From Octopus vulgaris (lineage: Eukaryota), in the NCBI GenBank assembly GCA_951406725.2, contig OX597823.1, positions 41,726,001-41,790,000 of the forward strand: a stretch of DNA of 64,000 nucleotides, given 5' to 3'. Each line of letters opens with the position of its first letter. Within the stretch, counting starts at the first letter, position 1. The notes under the pieces are model-generated. The model saw nothing but the letters and a program-made list of their open reading frames with translations. It had not been told where the DNA came from and did no database searches. This document shows, one piece after another, positions 51,628 to 63,833 of this stretch. The translations under genes and the position numbers were made by a program.

Positions 51628-51838
51628 TTGTGTGTCTGTGTTTCTTCCCCTAGCATTGCTTGACAACCGATGCTGGTGTGTTTACGTTCCCGTCACTTAG
51701 CGGTTCAGCAAAAGAGACCGATAGAATAAGTACTGCGCTTACAAAGAATAAGTCCCGGGGTCCATTTGCTCGACTAAAGGCGGTGCTCCAGCATGGCCAC
51801 AGTCAAATGACTGAAACAAGTATAAGAGTAAAAGAGTA
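51412..51838 (+). mobile_element. Family-A tRNA/CORE-like SINE, best-preserved copy
   Basis: It has an A box TGGCTGTGTGG, a B box GGTTCAGTCCC, a CORE-like TCTTGGGCAAGT, an internal (TA)n(TG)n, and a tail ending AAGAGTAAAAGAGTA. Confidence 0.92.
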
Positions 51839-52408
51839 ATGCCAAATAAGTACTGCCGTAATGGTTTTGCCAAAGTGTCTCATATGACAGTATTGGTACC
51901 TAATCAGAATTCTTTAACATTGGCATTTCTTCATTACCCAACCAGTATCTTTCGAATTATGCTCTCATCATTCTTACACCAGAACCTGTTTTAAACAGTG
52001 TTTCGCAGATACATTCAGTCTGTACTTACTTATGTTGCTTAATGTGTTTTGCTATCAGTATGTCCATGTTAAAATTACTTATGTTCGTGAAAAAGGTAAT
52101 TATAAACGAACTATATTTGTATCTCATTTGTGTTTTTCCACATCTACATGTCTCTCTCTGTATTTGCTTCTTTGCTTGACAGCTGCTCTTACTCTCTTCT
52201 CATACGCACAAAAAGACATCATTTTATATAAATATATAATATTCATGTGTGTGTGTGTGTGCATGCACATACATATATATATATATATATGTATACACAT
52301 ACACAGAAACATGTATATATATGTACATATATATATACATATATACATACATATGTATAGATACATATATGTATGTATCATCATCATCGTCATATATATG
52401 TATGTATG

Positions 52409-52465
<57 letters not shown>

Positions 52466-52854
52466 GCATGCACATACACTCACTCACACACATGTAGGTG
52501 ATTCAAGCTTATTACCAATATATTATGAACTTCTTTCTGAACAGAGGTAGGAGCAAATTAAGTGACACTATTTTAAATATTTTGTTGTCTCTACAAAAAT
52601 GATTTCCAAAACAATAAAAAAACACATTAATAAACAGCTAAAAAAGATATTCCCAAATTATGTTTCATTGTAAGTGTTGTAGATATATTTCCTGTTTCAA
52701 TACCTATTACACTGAAATATTCTAAAATATTTCTCGTTTGACATCTCACTTGCATTTTTATCTACCATGCCAACATTAAGCTTGACGTAACGTTGTGAAA
52801 TAAATTCAAATGGTTTTTGAAGAAATGACGTTTGATTATGGAAAGGGAAAACTG

Positions 52855-53191
52855 TCATTATCAACATCATCATCCCCACTGTTGTCATCATAATGATCGT
52901 CATCTTGAACATCACCACAATCATTATTATCATTATCACCACAATCATCGTCATCATCACAACCCTTACTACCACCACTATTGCTCACTATTATCATTAT
53001 TGTCATCTCAACACCATCTTCCTCATCATCATCACCACCACTACCATCTCCCCCAACATCACCACCACCATCATCACCACCACTATCATCACCACCATCA
53101 TCCCTGCCAACATCATTACCAACATCATCCCCACTACCACTGCAACAGCCACCACCTCCACCATCACTATGACCACCACCACTACCACCAA
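52855..53191. repeat. Degenerate (CAC/CAT)n trinucleotide tract
   Basis: It is a CAY triplet mosaic that is open in several frames on both strands. Confidence 0.93.
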
Positions 53192-54071
53192 TTCAATATC
53201 TCTTGTCTTGTGACAGTATGAATCAGACATCCCAATATCTCATTGCAATAATAAATACTGTCACCAAATTCCATCTCTCCTATATCATTTTTTCCCCCAT
53301 GATGCCTGATCTAACTATCATATCAGAATTACCATATTGTACCATTCCCAAGATATAGCTCCACATCTCCACTCCTACAGCAATCTTTCTCCAGCTGTCC
53401 ATATTTCCTTTCTGTCACCCACCATTTCATAGTTTGCCATTTCATACCTACATTTACTATTTCATTATCTCTGTCTTCAATACACTCTCCTCCAAAGAAA
53501 ACATTTGACATACCTCTAACAAAATTTATTTTTATTTACTGATCTAATCTTAAGTAGCTCATTCTCTTTATGAGCTTCAGAAACTATTCTGACCAGCGGT
53601 TCCCTTGCATTCCAATTCCAAAACACGTACACCTTCACCCATTCTATTTTGTTCAGTAATTGGTAGTTACACTTCCACTTTGGAAATAAAACCTAACAAA
53701 GAGGAAATTCCAAATCATCATCATCATCATCTTTTAATGTCTATCTTCTATACTAGCATGAGTTGGATGGTTTGACATGATCCAACAGGGTTCAAGGCTA
53801 AATCATGTTTCAATGCTTTGACATGCTTTCTGTAGATGATTACTTTTTTTTAATGCTATCTATTCTACAGAAAGTGTTGAGTACTCTCCTTTTTATATTA
53901 CCAGCATCTGTGAGGTTCCTATGCAGTTTGCATAACTACAAATCTTGAGAAGGTGGCTTTTTGCTAGAAGATAATAGATTAAATTATGTGAGAAGGAGCC
54001 ACAGTAGGACAAGTTTCTTGCTGTAGAGGAGCTACATGACTATTCCTATAGTGACAAATAAAATAAATATC

Positions 54072-54288
54072 TTATTTCTTTATTGCCCACAAGGGGACAA
54101 ACAAGGACAGACAAAGGGATTAAGTTGATTACATCGACTCCAATGCGTAACTGGTACTTAATTTATCGAACCTGAAAGGATGAAAGGCAAAGTCAAGCAA
54201 AGTCGACCTTGGCAGAATTTGAACTCAGAACGTTGCGACGAGTGAAATACCGCTAAGCATTTTGCCCGGAGTGCTAATGATTCTGCCA
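54072..54288 (-). mobile_element. Family-B SINE with CCCCTTGTGGGCAATAAAG tail
   Basis: It is the reverse complement of 27370-27595, with a small internal duplication (GCAAAGTC twice). Confidence 0.88.
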
Positions 54289-55161
54289 ATGCCAGTAATA
54301 TGCTGAGATTCAATCTAACTGATTTCTTCATGATCTGTACTCATGTTAAACTGAAAGAACTTCAATATTTTTTTGCAGGTCTTATAAATATTTTATTTAA
54401 AAAGATAGATGTCTTTACCTTAGGATTTCTATGAGTCCTAGGAATCATACTTTGATAAAAGAATATTGCAGAAAATGGTTTGTGTCAATTTTTTAAGAGT
54501 TAAAAATTAAAAGCAGACCAGAAATATATGACCCAGAGACAGGTAAAGATTTACAAAGCAGAAGGATTTTAGAGTGTGGGTTGCTGTAAAATAGTAGTGA
54601 ATCATTCTCTTTGTTTAACCTCACATCAGCTCCTGATTGGACACATGCCTGATCAAAGACATTCCAGTTGTGACAATCTAATCTATTTTCTATATGTAGG
54701 AAACTCTTGACCCCATTATCTAATATGTTACTTTTTAATATAAAGGTATGTTATTTGAGGGAAATATGACTGCTATTTCCAGCAGATTGAGCAATTATAT
54801 AGATATTATTTCATTGTTTTTTTTTGTTTTTTTTTTGAGGATATGCCTACACAGAAAATCACTTTTCTACTGCTAAGATTCATAACTACATTTAACATCA
54901 ACAATAAAACATTTCTATGCCCAATCCAATGGTTTGGTAGACTACGAGTGTGAGTGATGGTCAAACAGCATGAGAATCATATTTGATGACATATAAAATG
55001 CACTTTTACCCCAACAAAAAATGACCACCCAAAAAATACCTTGGGTCCTAATTAGGCTAATTTGGTTCCTGATGTTCACTACTAAATGTTAATTTTAATT
55101 CAGATGGTTTCTTCTACCTAACCTAACTCTTATATACAGTAATATTTTCTGCTATAGTTAA

Positions 55162-55511
55162 AGCAGTTGAATGTACATGGCTCAGTGATTAGAGCAAGCG
55201 TTAGGCTTACAATCGTGAGGTAGTGAGTTCAATTCGCAGACTGGACTGTGTTTTGTTCTTGAGCAAGACACTTTATTTCATGTTGCTCCAGTTCACTCAA
55301 CCGTAGAAATGAGTTGCATCATCACTGGTGCCAAGCTGTATCACCCTTTGCCTTTCCCTTGGATAACATCAGTAGCTTAGAGTGGGGAGACTGACATGCA
55401 TGTGTGACTGCTGGTCTTTTATAAACAACCTAGTCCAGACTTGTGCCTCAGAGTGGAACTTTCTAGGTGTAATCCCATGGTCATTCATGACTGAAGGGGG
55501 TCTTTACTCTT
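55162..55511 (+). mobile_element. Family-C tRNA/CORE-like SINE, full length
   Basis: It has an A box TGGCTCAGTGA, a B box GAGTTCAATTC and CTTGAGCAAGACACTT. A candidate TSD TATAGTTAA lies at 55153-55161 and 55512-55520. Confidence 0.82.
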
Positions 55512-55579
55512 TATAGTTAAGGTACTTTTGTAATGTTTTCCTATGTGCTACTAGATTGATTTTAATATTACATGCTAAT

Positions 55580-55795
55580 TATGCAGCAAGCTGGTAGAAT
55601 CATGAGCATGCTGTGTCAAATGCTTAGCAGCATTTTATCTATCTTTATATTCTGTGTTCAAATTCTGCTGAGGTCAACCTTGCCTTTAATCCTTTTAGGA
55701 TTGATAAAATATGATCCAGTTGAGCACAGGGGTTGATGTAATTAATTTACCCATCCCCCGAAATTGCTGGCTTTGTGTCAAAATTTGAAATTGAT
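55580..55795 (+). mobile_element. Family-B SINE
   Basis: It reads GCAGCAAGCTGGTAGAATC...GGTCAACCTTGCCTTTAATCC...GGCTTTGTGTCAAAATTTGAAA. Confidence 0.75.
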
Positions 55796-57054
55796 GTAAA
55801 CTTTTTCCTGACTATGTGCTGTTGAAAATGCGATGCATCTAATATGCCCATATAGCTTGTAACGTCCAGGGGCTGGTGATGATGTACTTCTTTGGATGTA
55901 ATGTCACTAAGTTTACCCTATTCAGTGTCTCATTAAATTTTTAACACAGAGGAGTATGACTGGCAAATATTTGGCTACTAGAAATACCAGGAACCTCCCT
56001 AAAATCCCTCTTATTGGCTCACATATTTGCATTGTGTGTGTGTGGGTGTGTAAACTATGATGCAGATATCATTCTCTGCATTTCCATATTTCTCTCTTTC
56101 TCCCAACCGCCACCACCACCACCGCCGCCGCCACCACCACCACCACCAACCTGTTCACTGCTTTATCTTATTTCTTCACATCTATTCTTTCTTTTCCTTC
56201 TTTACTGTAAACCAAAGGGACGTTAGAGATTGCTAAGATCACAAGAATATTTTTTTTTTTTCCCTAAGAACTGAGGATTTATGTTGCAGATACTCTCCTA
56301 AGACTTTCCTATATTTGTTTTCTTTTGCAAAATTTAACCACACACACACACATCAAACAAGCACAACAAACATTCAACAAACACACACACACACACATTC
56401 CTACATAAACACACTCTTACTAAACGTTTTCTTTTCAAATTGCTTTGCTTCTCTTCTTCTCACTTATGTTATTTCTCACTTTAAAACACCGAAGCAAACA
56501 TCGCATGTAATCTTTCATTTCAATAACTACCGTTCTAGAACCCACTTCCTTCCCATTTATTTTCACAGTTCAGCAATCTTTAGATACTAAGGATTGACAT
56601 AAACTTCTCTAATATTACTCCACCCTTTTGATCCAAGATGTACCTATTGGCTGTGAACAGAATCCTTCATTTTTAGTCATGCAGCAAAAACAAAAAGAAA
56701 GAAAAGGCATTGAAGTGGAAAAATCTTCTTAATCAGAACCATATGTTGCAAGCCCTCAAAAGCTTAGACAACAAACCTTGAGTAAATAATGAAATCATTG
56801 GGCAATTACTGGTAGAATGCTAATTGATCATTAGACATGTAGAATATCTCTCCAAGTGGTTAAGCTGTACCTTTGTCTGCTACATCTGAGGAGAAATTGA
56901 AACTACATAGCAATAATTCTAATGCCATCACTTTCACTTTTACTTTATCCATTGTTTATCAAAGTGGGTACAGAGGAACATTAGTGTTCTGTGAAAAAAG
57001 TTTGGCTTCCACAAAACGAGGGGTATTTTGGTAATTTAATAGAATTTAATAGAC

Positions 57055-57216
57055 TCAGGGATGTCTGTTTGGTTTAGAAGCTTGTTTTGCAATCATGTGG
57101 ATTCATGTTCAGTCCTACTGTGTGACACCTTAGGCAAGTGTCTTTCTACTATAGCCCCAGGTCAATCAGTACTTTGTGAGTGAATTTCGTAAACAGAATT
57201 GGTGTGAAAGTCTATC

Positions 57217-57266
<50 letters not shown>

Positions 57267-57478
57267 TTGTGTCTGTGTTGATTATCCCCTACCACTACTA
57301 CTTGATAACAGATCTTGGTCTGTTTCTGTCCTGTAACTTAGAAGTTCAGCAAAAGAGACCAGCAGAATAAGTACCAGACTTAAAAATAAATCCTCGGATT
57401 GACCTGTTTGACTAAAAAAAAACTGTTCAAGACAATGCCCCAAATTACTACAGTTCAATAACTGAAACAAATAAGAGG
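57055..57478 (+). mobile_element. Family-A SINE, decayed full length with internal (GT)n
   Basis: It is colinear with 51412-51838. Confidence 0.8.
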
Positions 57479-58091
57479 TAAACAATGAAATAATGGCAGT
57501 CACTATTTTCAAAATAATATATATTTTTTTTAAATATATTCTCTCAATGAAACATTATTTTTTTTCATCTAATGCTTTCCTAAAGTTAAGATATTGTGCA
57601 ATACTTCAGGTAGGGTTGTGCTGGTATCATTCATCAATAATTCCACAAAAGAGTAGAACATCTTGGATGAAGTACCCTCCCATAAATGGAAAAAAATTCT
57701 CCTTTCAAGTCATACTTGATTACAAGTGACTGTCAAAAAGGCAACAACAACAGTGAAAACATTATGAATTTGTCAAAATGTAGATAAATGTTGCAGAAAT
57801 GGTTTGAGTGAATGGATCTACTCTAAGCATGTGTTTCTACATTGGAGAGTTCAAAACAGCAGTTGGGCGTGAGTCCAAGCCTTTGGAGGTATGGATAATC
57901 CTGAATCTATGAGGTCTTCCAGGATCAGGAGGACTATATCAGATGTGTACATATATTTTGTATACTATTTGTATATTTCTTAGTATTCTCCCTCTTCTCT
58001 CCCTTATATGTAAAACCCAACACAAATTGTAAACTGTCCATGCAATATACCCCACATCTGATGTTTCTGCAACAAATAAATCATTATTATT

Positions 58092-58312
58092 AAGGTGGTA
58101 TGCTGGCAAAATCATTAGTACACTGGACAAAATGCTTAGCAGTATATCATCCAATTTTTTACATTCTGAGTTCAAATTCTGCCAGAGTCAGCTTTGCCAT
58201 TAATCCTTTCAAGATTGATAAATTAAGTGCCAGTTGATTACTAGGGGTCAATGTAATCAACTTACCCCTTCCCTCAATATTGCTAGCCCTGTGCCAAAAT
58301 TTGAAGCCATTG
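58092..58312 (+). mobile_element. Family-B SINE flanked by ATT repeats
   Basis: It reads AAGGTGGTATGCTGGCAAAATCATTAG...CTGAGTTCAAATTCTGCC...GCCCTGTGCCAAAATTTGAA. Confidence 0.8.
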
Positions 58313-58339
58313 CTGTTATTTTATATTTATTATTGTTAT

Positions 58340-58557
58340 CTTTTTTTCTTCTTCTTTCAAATTTGCTTCCATTTCTTGCTGAGTGTCTTCCCGACTCCTA
58401 GGGCAAAGAAACTCATAGTATACATTGGTAGGCCATTAGACTAAACTCACTAGTTCGTTCATTTTTTTTTTTTAAAGTTAAATTAAAATACATGGGTAGT
58501 AATAGTTCTCACATCGACAATGCTCTTCTCAATACGTGTGATGTACCAGTTAAGACA

Positions 58558-58559
<2 letters not shown>
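58340..58559 (-). mobile_element. R4/Dong-type extreme 3' end (fifth coding family) in (ATT)n
   Basis: The minus strand encodes VLTGTSHVLRRALSM* (58556-58509), followed by a 3' UTR. ATT repeats lie on both sides. Confidence 0.75.
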
Positions 58560-58612
<53 letters not shown>

Positions 58613-58779
58613 GTTTTATTATTATTATTATTATCATCATCATCATTAAGGTAGTGAAGGTTACTATGAAATACATGCATCAGACCTTGGATTCTAAAAT
58701 AAACAGGCAATGACTTGATAAGAAAATAATCTTGAAAATTATTTGAAACCATTGTTTTACTCCATCTAAAGTAATTCTG

Positions 58780-59520
58780 AGAACTAATTTTCGGTAACTA
58801 ATTTATCATTTACTGAGTATAAGAAATTAGTTTCCGGTTAATTTTGTTGGATCTTAACATTGTCTCAGTCACCAATAAGGATTTTCTGTGAGTTACCACT
58901 AATATTTGATGAGTTACTTTAAGAGAATTGGTTCCTCTCATTTGCTGTAGGTATTTAGTGATTTGCCTTCATCCAGTATGAGTTGGAGTTTCACAGCTTG
59001 TTATTAATCATCAATATTTCATGAATTATTGTGGTTTAAGATTGGTGTTTGATGATACCAAGAATTATAAGAATTTGTTATGAGTCATGAGTTTCTCTTT
59101 TTATCAGTTATCACCAAATATTTGGAGACTTAGTCTTTAGTCATAACAAACTCTTGATGACTCCAATCATAATTATTTCATGAATTGTTTTGGTTTATAA
59201 TTGGCGTTTGATGATGCTGTGAATAATAATTCATTACTTAATTGTTTTGTTGTTGTTGTTTATGATCAAATGTTTGAAACTTGGTTGTTAGTCATTACAA
59301 ACTTTCAACGACTTGTGGTTTTGTATCACTAACTGTTTTGTGTGTTGGTACGGGTTATCACCAACTACCTAATGAATTGTTGTAAGTCGTCATTCAGAAT
59401 TACTTGAGCTGGTGTGAGTTATCACAGGTGTTAATGAGCTATTGTGAATCGTTATTGTTTTATGAGTTCGTTCAGATCATTAATTAACTGTTTGATGAGT
59501 TGCTGTGAATAACTACAAAC
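58780..59520. repeat. Highly degenerate minisatellite (about 30-bp unit with about 160-bp higher-order repeat)
   Basis: A GTGAGTTATCACCAA...TTTGATGAGTT motif recurs. ATTTCATGAATT.TT.TGGTTTA.A.TTGG.GTTTGATGAT appears at about 59016 and 59176. Confidence 0.55.
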
Positions 59521-60150
59521 AAATCATTCGTTGAATTACTTTTATATTCTTCATTTGTTCATAGAATCCACTATTCCAGTGTCAATCACAGCAAAACTAT
59601 TACTTCCTTCCTTCCTCTAATCCCTCTGTTTCTGTGTCATCCACATCCATGTTTCCAAGTAATTTCTTGTTTTTTTTTTTTTAATAATCTTTTATGTCCT
59701 GATGCCAAAGGAATTTCTTAGATTTTCCATTGCAATATTGATATCTTATTAATCTCTTTGCTGTTAGGCAACAACAACAACAACTATTGCAACAACTGCA
59801 ATGGCAAACAATTGTGACCTTTGTTATAATTATGATTGTTATTTCATTTTATTATTACTATTACTACTATTACTACAACTTTCATATAACTACAGTGACT
59901 ACCACTTCTACTGGTATTATAATTGCAAATATTATTGCTAGAAATTCTAATAAAGATAAACTACATTTGTATATCCTCTACAGTTAGTTAGAGAGGGGCA
60001 TCCAGCTAGAGAAACCAAGCCCAAAATTAAATGTGCATTAGATGAGATTCCCTTAACATGTGTAGGATGTACAGCACTCCCACATACGAGTTGATATCAT
60101 TCATAATGACTTGATGGTTGAGTGATGGCATTGAGAAGAATGAATATATG

Positions 60151-60188
<38 letters not shown>

Positions 60189-60587
60189 AAGATTAGCACT
60201 GAATAAGATTAGTTGGCTTACCAGTCATTTTCACCAGCCTGACTAAGTTTAACATGGAGACATTGAGTGGTAGGCTTAGTACACCACCTTGGTGTACACC
60301 ACCTTAGTATACCACCAGTTGGTCTTTCAGAGTTTTTAGAATAGAATTGCTAATGGGACAAAAAGCTCAATACCATTTCTTGTAGTTCTTTACATTCTAA
60401 GTTGAAATCACACTGAGCTCAACTTCCCTTTTTAAACCTTTTGGGGTTGATAAAGTGCCAGGCAAGTGCCGGATGATGGGAGAGGTTAGTGTTGTCTAGC
60501 TAGTTATTGACTAGCCAGCCACTTACCTCAAATTTTAGGCCTTGTGCCTATATTAAAAACATTATTATTGTTATTATTATTATGATT

Positions 60588-60788
60588 GGGTGAAAGAGCA
60601 AGACATGTCATCAAAATAACACTGGGGTACAAATATGTAAAGCCCAAAATACCCATCGTGACTACACCAGGCACATGCATCCCAACCATATGGGCATGAC
60701 ATGGTGATCTCATACCAAGATAAACAATGCATGACTTTGTAGGTGGTGTCCAGTTAGAATTTTCATCAGGTCCAGTAGCCCATCCCAC
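60588..60788 (-). mobile_element. Second, longer copy of the (TAA)n-embedded non-coding element
   Basis: Its reverse complement aligns with 29972-30121. (ATT)n lies at 60561-60587 and 60789-60849. Confidence 0.75.
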
Positions 60789-60851
<63 letters not shown>

Positions 60852-61016
60852 GGCAGTGAGTTGGCATAATCGTTGGACAAAATGCTTAGTGGCATTTTGT
60901 CTGTCTTTATGTCTTGAGTTCGAATTCCACTAGGGAACTTCGGTGTTTCTGCCTAAAACATCAGACTTCTCTTCACCCTTGTGGTATAAAACATACTTCA
61001 CTATTGACTGTGTCTT

Positions 61017-61343
61017 TTGGCTATTTGCTGTGATTTAGAAGACATGTCAAGCTAAGTGAAATCATGGTCATGGCCAATGCCATTGACATGTTAAAGGTGC
61101 CTGTGTCAGTGACACATAAAAGGCACCCATACCAGTGACACAGGAATGGCAGCCTTGATGGTGACATGTATAAGCCACCCAGTACACTCTGTAGAGTAGA
61201 GACATCCAGCGTTAGAAACAAAGACAAAATAAACAACTGGGCCCTGGTGTAGCTCTCCAGCTTACCAGCTTGGTCAGACTATTTAACCCATGCAAGCATG
61301 GAAAACAGATGTTATATGATGATGATGATGATGATGATGATGA
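61017..61343 (+). mobile_element. RTE LINE extreme 3' end plus 3' UTR and (GAT)n tail
   Basis: It encodes WLFAVI*KTCQAK*, then a UTR ending CCCATGCAAGCATGGAAAACAGATGTTATAT(GAT)n. Confidence 0.8.
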
Positions 61344-61596
61344 AGTTGAGAGAGATCTGTATTTCTATTCATTCAAGCAGAATGTCATTAATTTCCTAAA
61401 TGCTTTACTAAATCCCTTCTAGTATTTGATCATGTTTCTTTACTTTCTGCATTCTGTTCTCACCAAGACTAACTTCATTAAAAGAAACAGCTTTAACAAA
61501 CTGGAGCTGATTCAATTAACTTGATAATAAAAGTTTTTGATTTGAACACAAGGCTTGCAATTTTGAGGAAGAAGGTTGAGTCGAAGCCATTCAACT

Positions 61597-61905
61597 CAGT
61601 ACAACAGAATTTCGGTCTACAAATTTAATTCATTTCTGAAGGCCAAAATGTCACCTAAAATGTTTGTAAACTGAACCTATTTTTCCCATAGGAAATTCAG
61701 GAGAAGGCACAGTGAACTCAAGCAGGCATGTGCACTGAACAAAAGTTAGACAGCAACTGATGCCCTCCTGCCAATACTCCCAGCTTACACTCAATTGTTG
61801 TTCCTGACTTGCATGTTCATTACTCGAGATGTTGTTCATCACCTGAGTTGTTTTCTGTTCAAAAGATTGGTTGTAAACTAATCTGTTCATGATGAGAGTT
61901 AGAAT
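61597..61905. mobile_element. Possible Tigger/pogo-type MITE relic
   Basis: A CAGTACA start, AATTTAATTCATTTC, GTTTGTAAACTGAA and TTTTCCCATAGGAAAT are motifs I recall from such MITEs. The termini are not resolved. Confidence 0.35.
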
Positions 61906-63389
61906 AATCCAATGAAGAAATAAAAGAATTAATAATGGTAATACCACCAAGCTCAACTTTGTCTTTCATTCTTTTGTGGTCCCACTGTACTTGAGTTGTA
62001 CTGAACTTTATCAATGCTGAAAGGAATATGGGCAAAACTAACCTTAGTAGGAATTGATTCATCATCATCTAAACTTTATGATCCATGCTGGCATGGGTCG
62101 GATGGTTTGACAGGACCCAGTGTTTCAGAGACCCCCATCATGTTTCAGTGTCTGCTTTGGCATACTTTCTGTTACTGGATGCCCTTCCTAACACCAACCA
62201 CTTTACAGTGTGGACTGAATGCTTTACATGTGGCACCAACTCTAATGAGGTAACCACGAATTTTGCAAGACTAACATCCACTGAGAAGGACTATGATAGA
62301 GATGGAGATGGATTTATACTAGGAGGTGTTAGGATTTTAAAGTATGAGCATAGGATTTCTGATTTATGTACAAGGCCAGCAGTTCTGAGGAGAGGGCATT
62401 AGTTAATGCCATTGATCCCAGTACATTGACTGATACTTAATTTTTATCAACCCCAAGAGAATGAAAGGCAAAGTTGAGCTTAGTAGTGTTTGTATTAATA
62501 ATAATAACATGATGATATTAATAATTGTTTCTGATTTTGGCACAAGGCCTCATAATTACTATTATCAATTCTTTTATTTTTTCATTGCATCATTTTGACT
62601 CTAACTCTACTGTTATTCTTTTTATTTTCAAATGGCATCTCTGAGTAGTCTTTTTTGTTAGTCTTTCTCATATAGCTCTGCTTTCTCACTAATGACATAC
62701 AGATGCAGTACAAAAGAAAGCTCTTTTCTGGCATCATGCTATTTGCTTCATACAACATTGTAAATAACCCATCCAGTTTAGTGTTTGCCTTATATTTTGT
62801 CTGGAGGTTTAGGAGGCAAAGTCAAAAATAAGCAGTATGGTTGTTAAATAGACAGTGTAAGCACAAGTATAATATATGAATAGAATATGGATAGCCTAGA
62901 CACAAATATGAATTTATGCTGGCTTTAATTCCTCTTTCGGACGCTTCCACATATGACTTGTACTATAGCTTTGGGTTGAAGAATACCATGTGAACACAAT
63001 TTGGCCAATGGAAACAGCACTAAAGTCTGTTGTGTGCATGTGTGTGTGTGTGTGTGTGTCTGTGTGTGTGTATGTCACTTCACAACCATGTAACTTCAAG
63101 TTCAGATTAACTGCATGACATACTTGGATAAAAGTCCTATAGTACAGCCCCTAGCTAACCGAAGACTTGTGAGTGTATTTAGTTGATAGAAATTGAAATA
63201 ATGTATTGCATTAACAATTAATAAATGTATGTGTGTATTTGTGTGTGCATGAATGTGTATGTGTGTGTGTGTGTGTGTGTGTGCTTATCTCTATTGTTTT
63301 AATATCACATGTTTATTGAAAACCAACTTCGTCATCATTAAAAGTAATATTGTTTATTTGCAATCCTCTGTGCAAACATATCTGATCAT

Positions 63390-63622
63390 TATTTACATTA
63401 TTAACATTATTTACATTTGATGGATATTTGACCTCATCTTGTTTGTTGTTAACACAACATTTCAGCTGATATACCCTCCAGCCTTCTTCAGGTATCTTGG
63501 GGAAATAACCACGATGCCATATGCCCGTGGCATATGGTGTAGTAGTTAAGAGTGTGGGCTACTAACCCCAAGATTCCAAGTTCGATTCCAGGCACCTGAC
63601 AACAATAATAATAATAATAATG

Positions 63623-63653
<31 letters not shown>

Positions 63654-63833
63654 TAACATCGAAAAATACTTTAGGAAATTGAGAATCCAGGTTCGAAATT
63701 TCCCCATGAAACCTGAAGAAGGCTGGAGGGTACATCAGCTGAAACGTTGTGTTAACAACAAAGAAGATGAGGACAAATATCCGTCAAATGTAAATAATGT
63801 ACATAATTCCTCATCTCTTAAATATAGAACTGT
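63390..63833 (+). mobile_element. Non-autonomous Penelope-type element with tRNA-like head, minimal hammerhead and inverted 5' copy of its 3' part, nested in a family-A SINE
   Basis: An inverted repeat links 63404-63506 and 63698-63800. The tRNA-like segment is at 63529-63593, followed by an (AAT)n spacer. An 11/12 direct repeat ATATCTGATCAT (63378-63389) / ATGTCTGATCAT (63834-63845) flanks it. Confidence 0.8.
63708..63753 (+). ncRNA. Minimal type-I hammerhead ribozyme motif (second copy on the minus strand at about 63451-63496)
   Basis: It reads GAAAC-CTGAAGA-A-GGCTG-gagggtacat-CAGCT-GAAAC-GTT-GTGTT. This gives core boxes, a 5-bp stem II, a palindromic AACGTT stem III, a GUU site and an imperfect stem I. 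Confidence 0.7.

Noticed and set aside
52832-53230. His-rich, Thr-rich or Pro/Ser-rich proteins
   Set aside because: This is a CAY triplet tract open in most frames, with no splice signals or unique sequence.
63529-63600. Functional tRNA gene
   Set aside because: It has no proper acceptor stem and is embedded in a repeat, so I treated it as a tRNA-derived promoter. The same applies to all SINE heads here.
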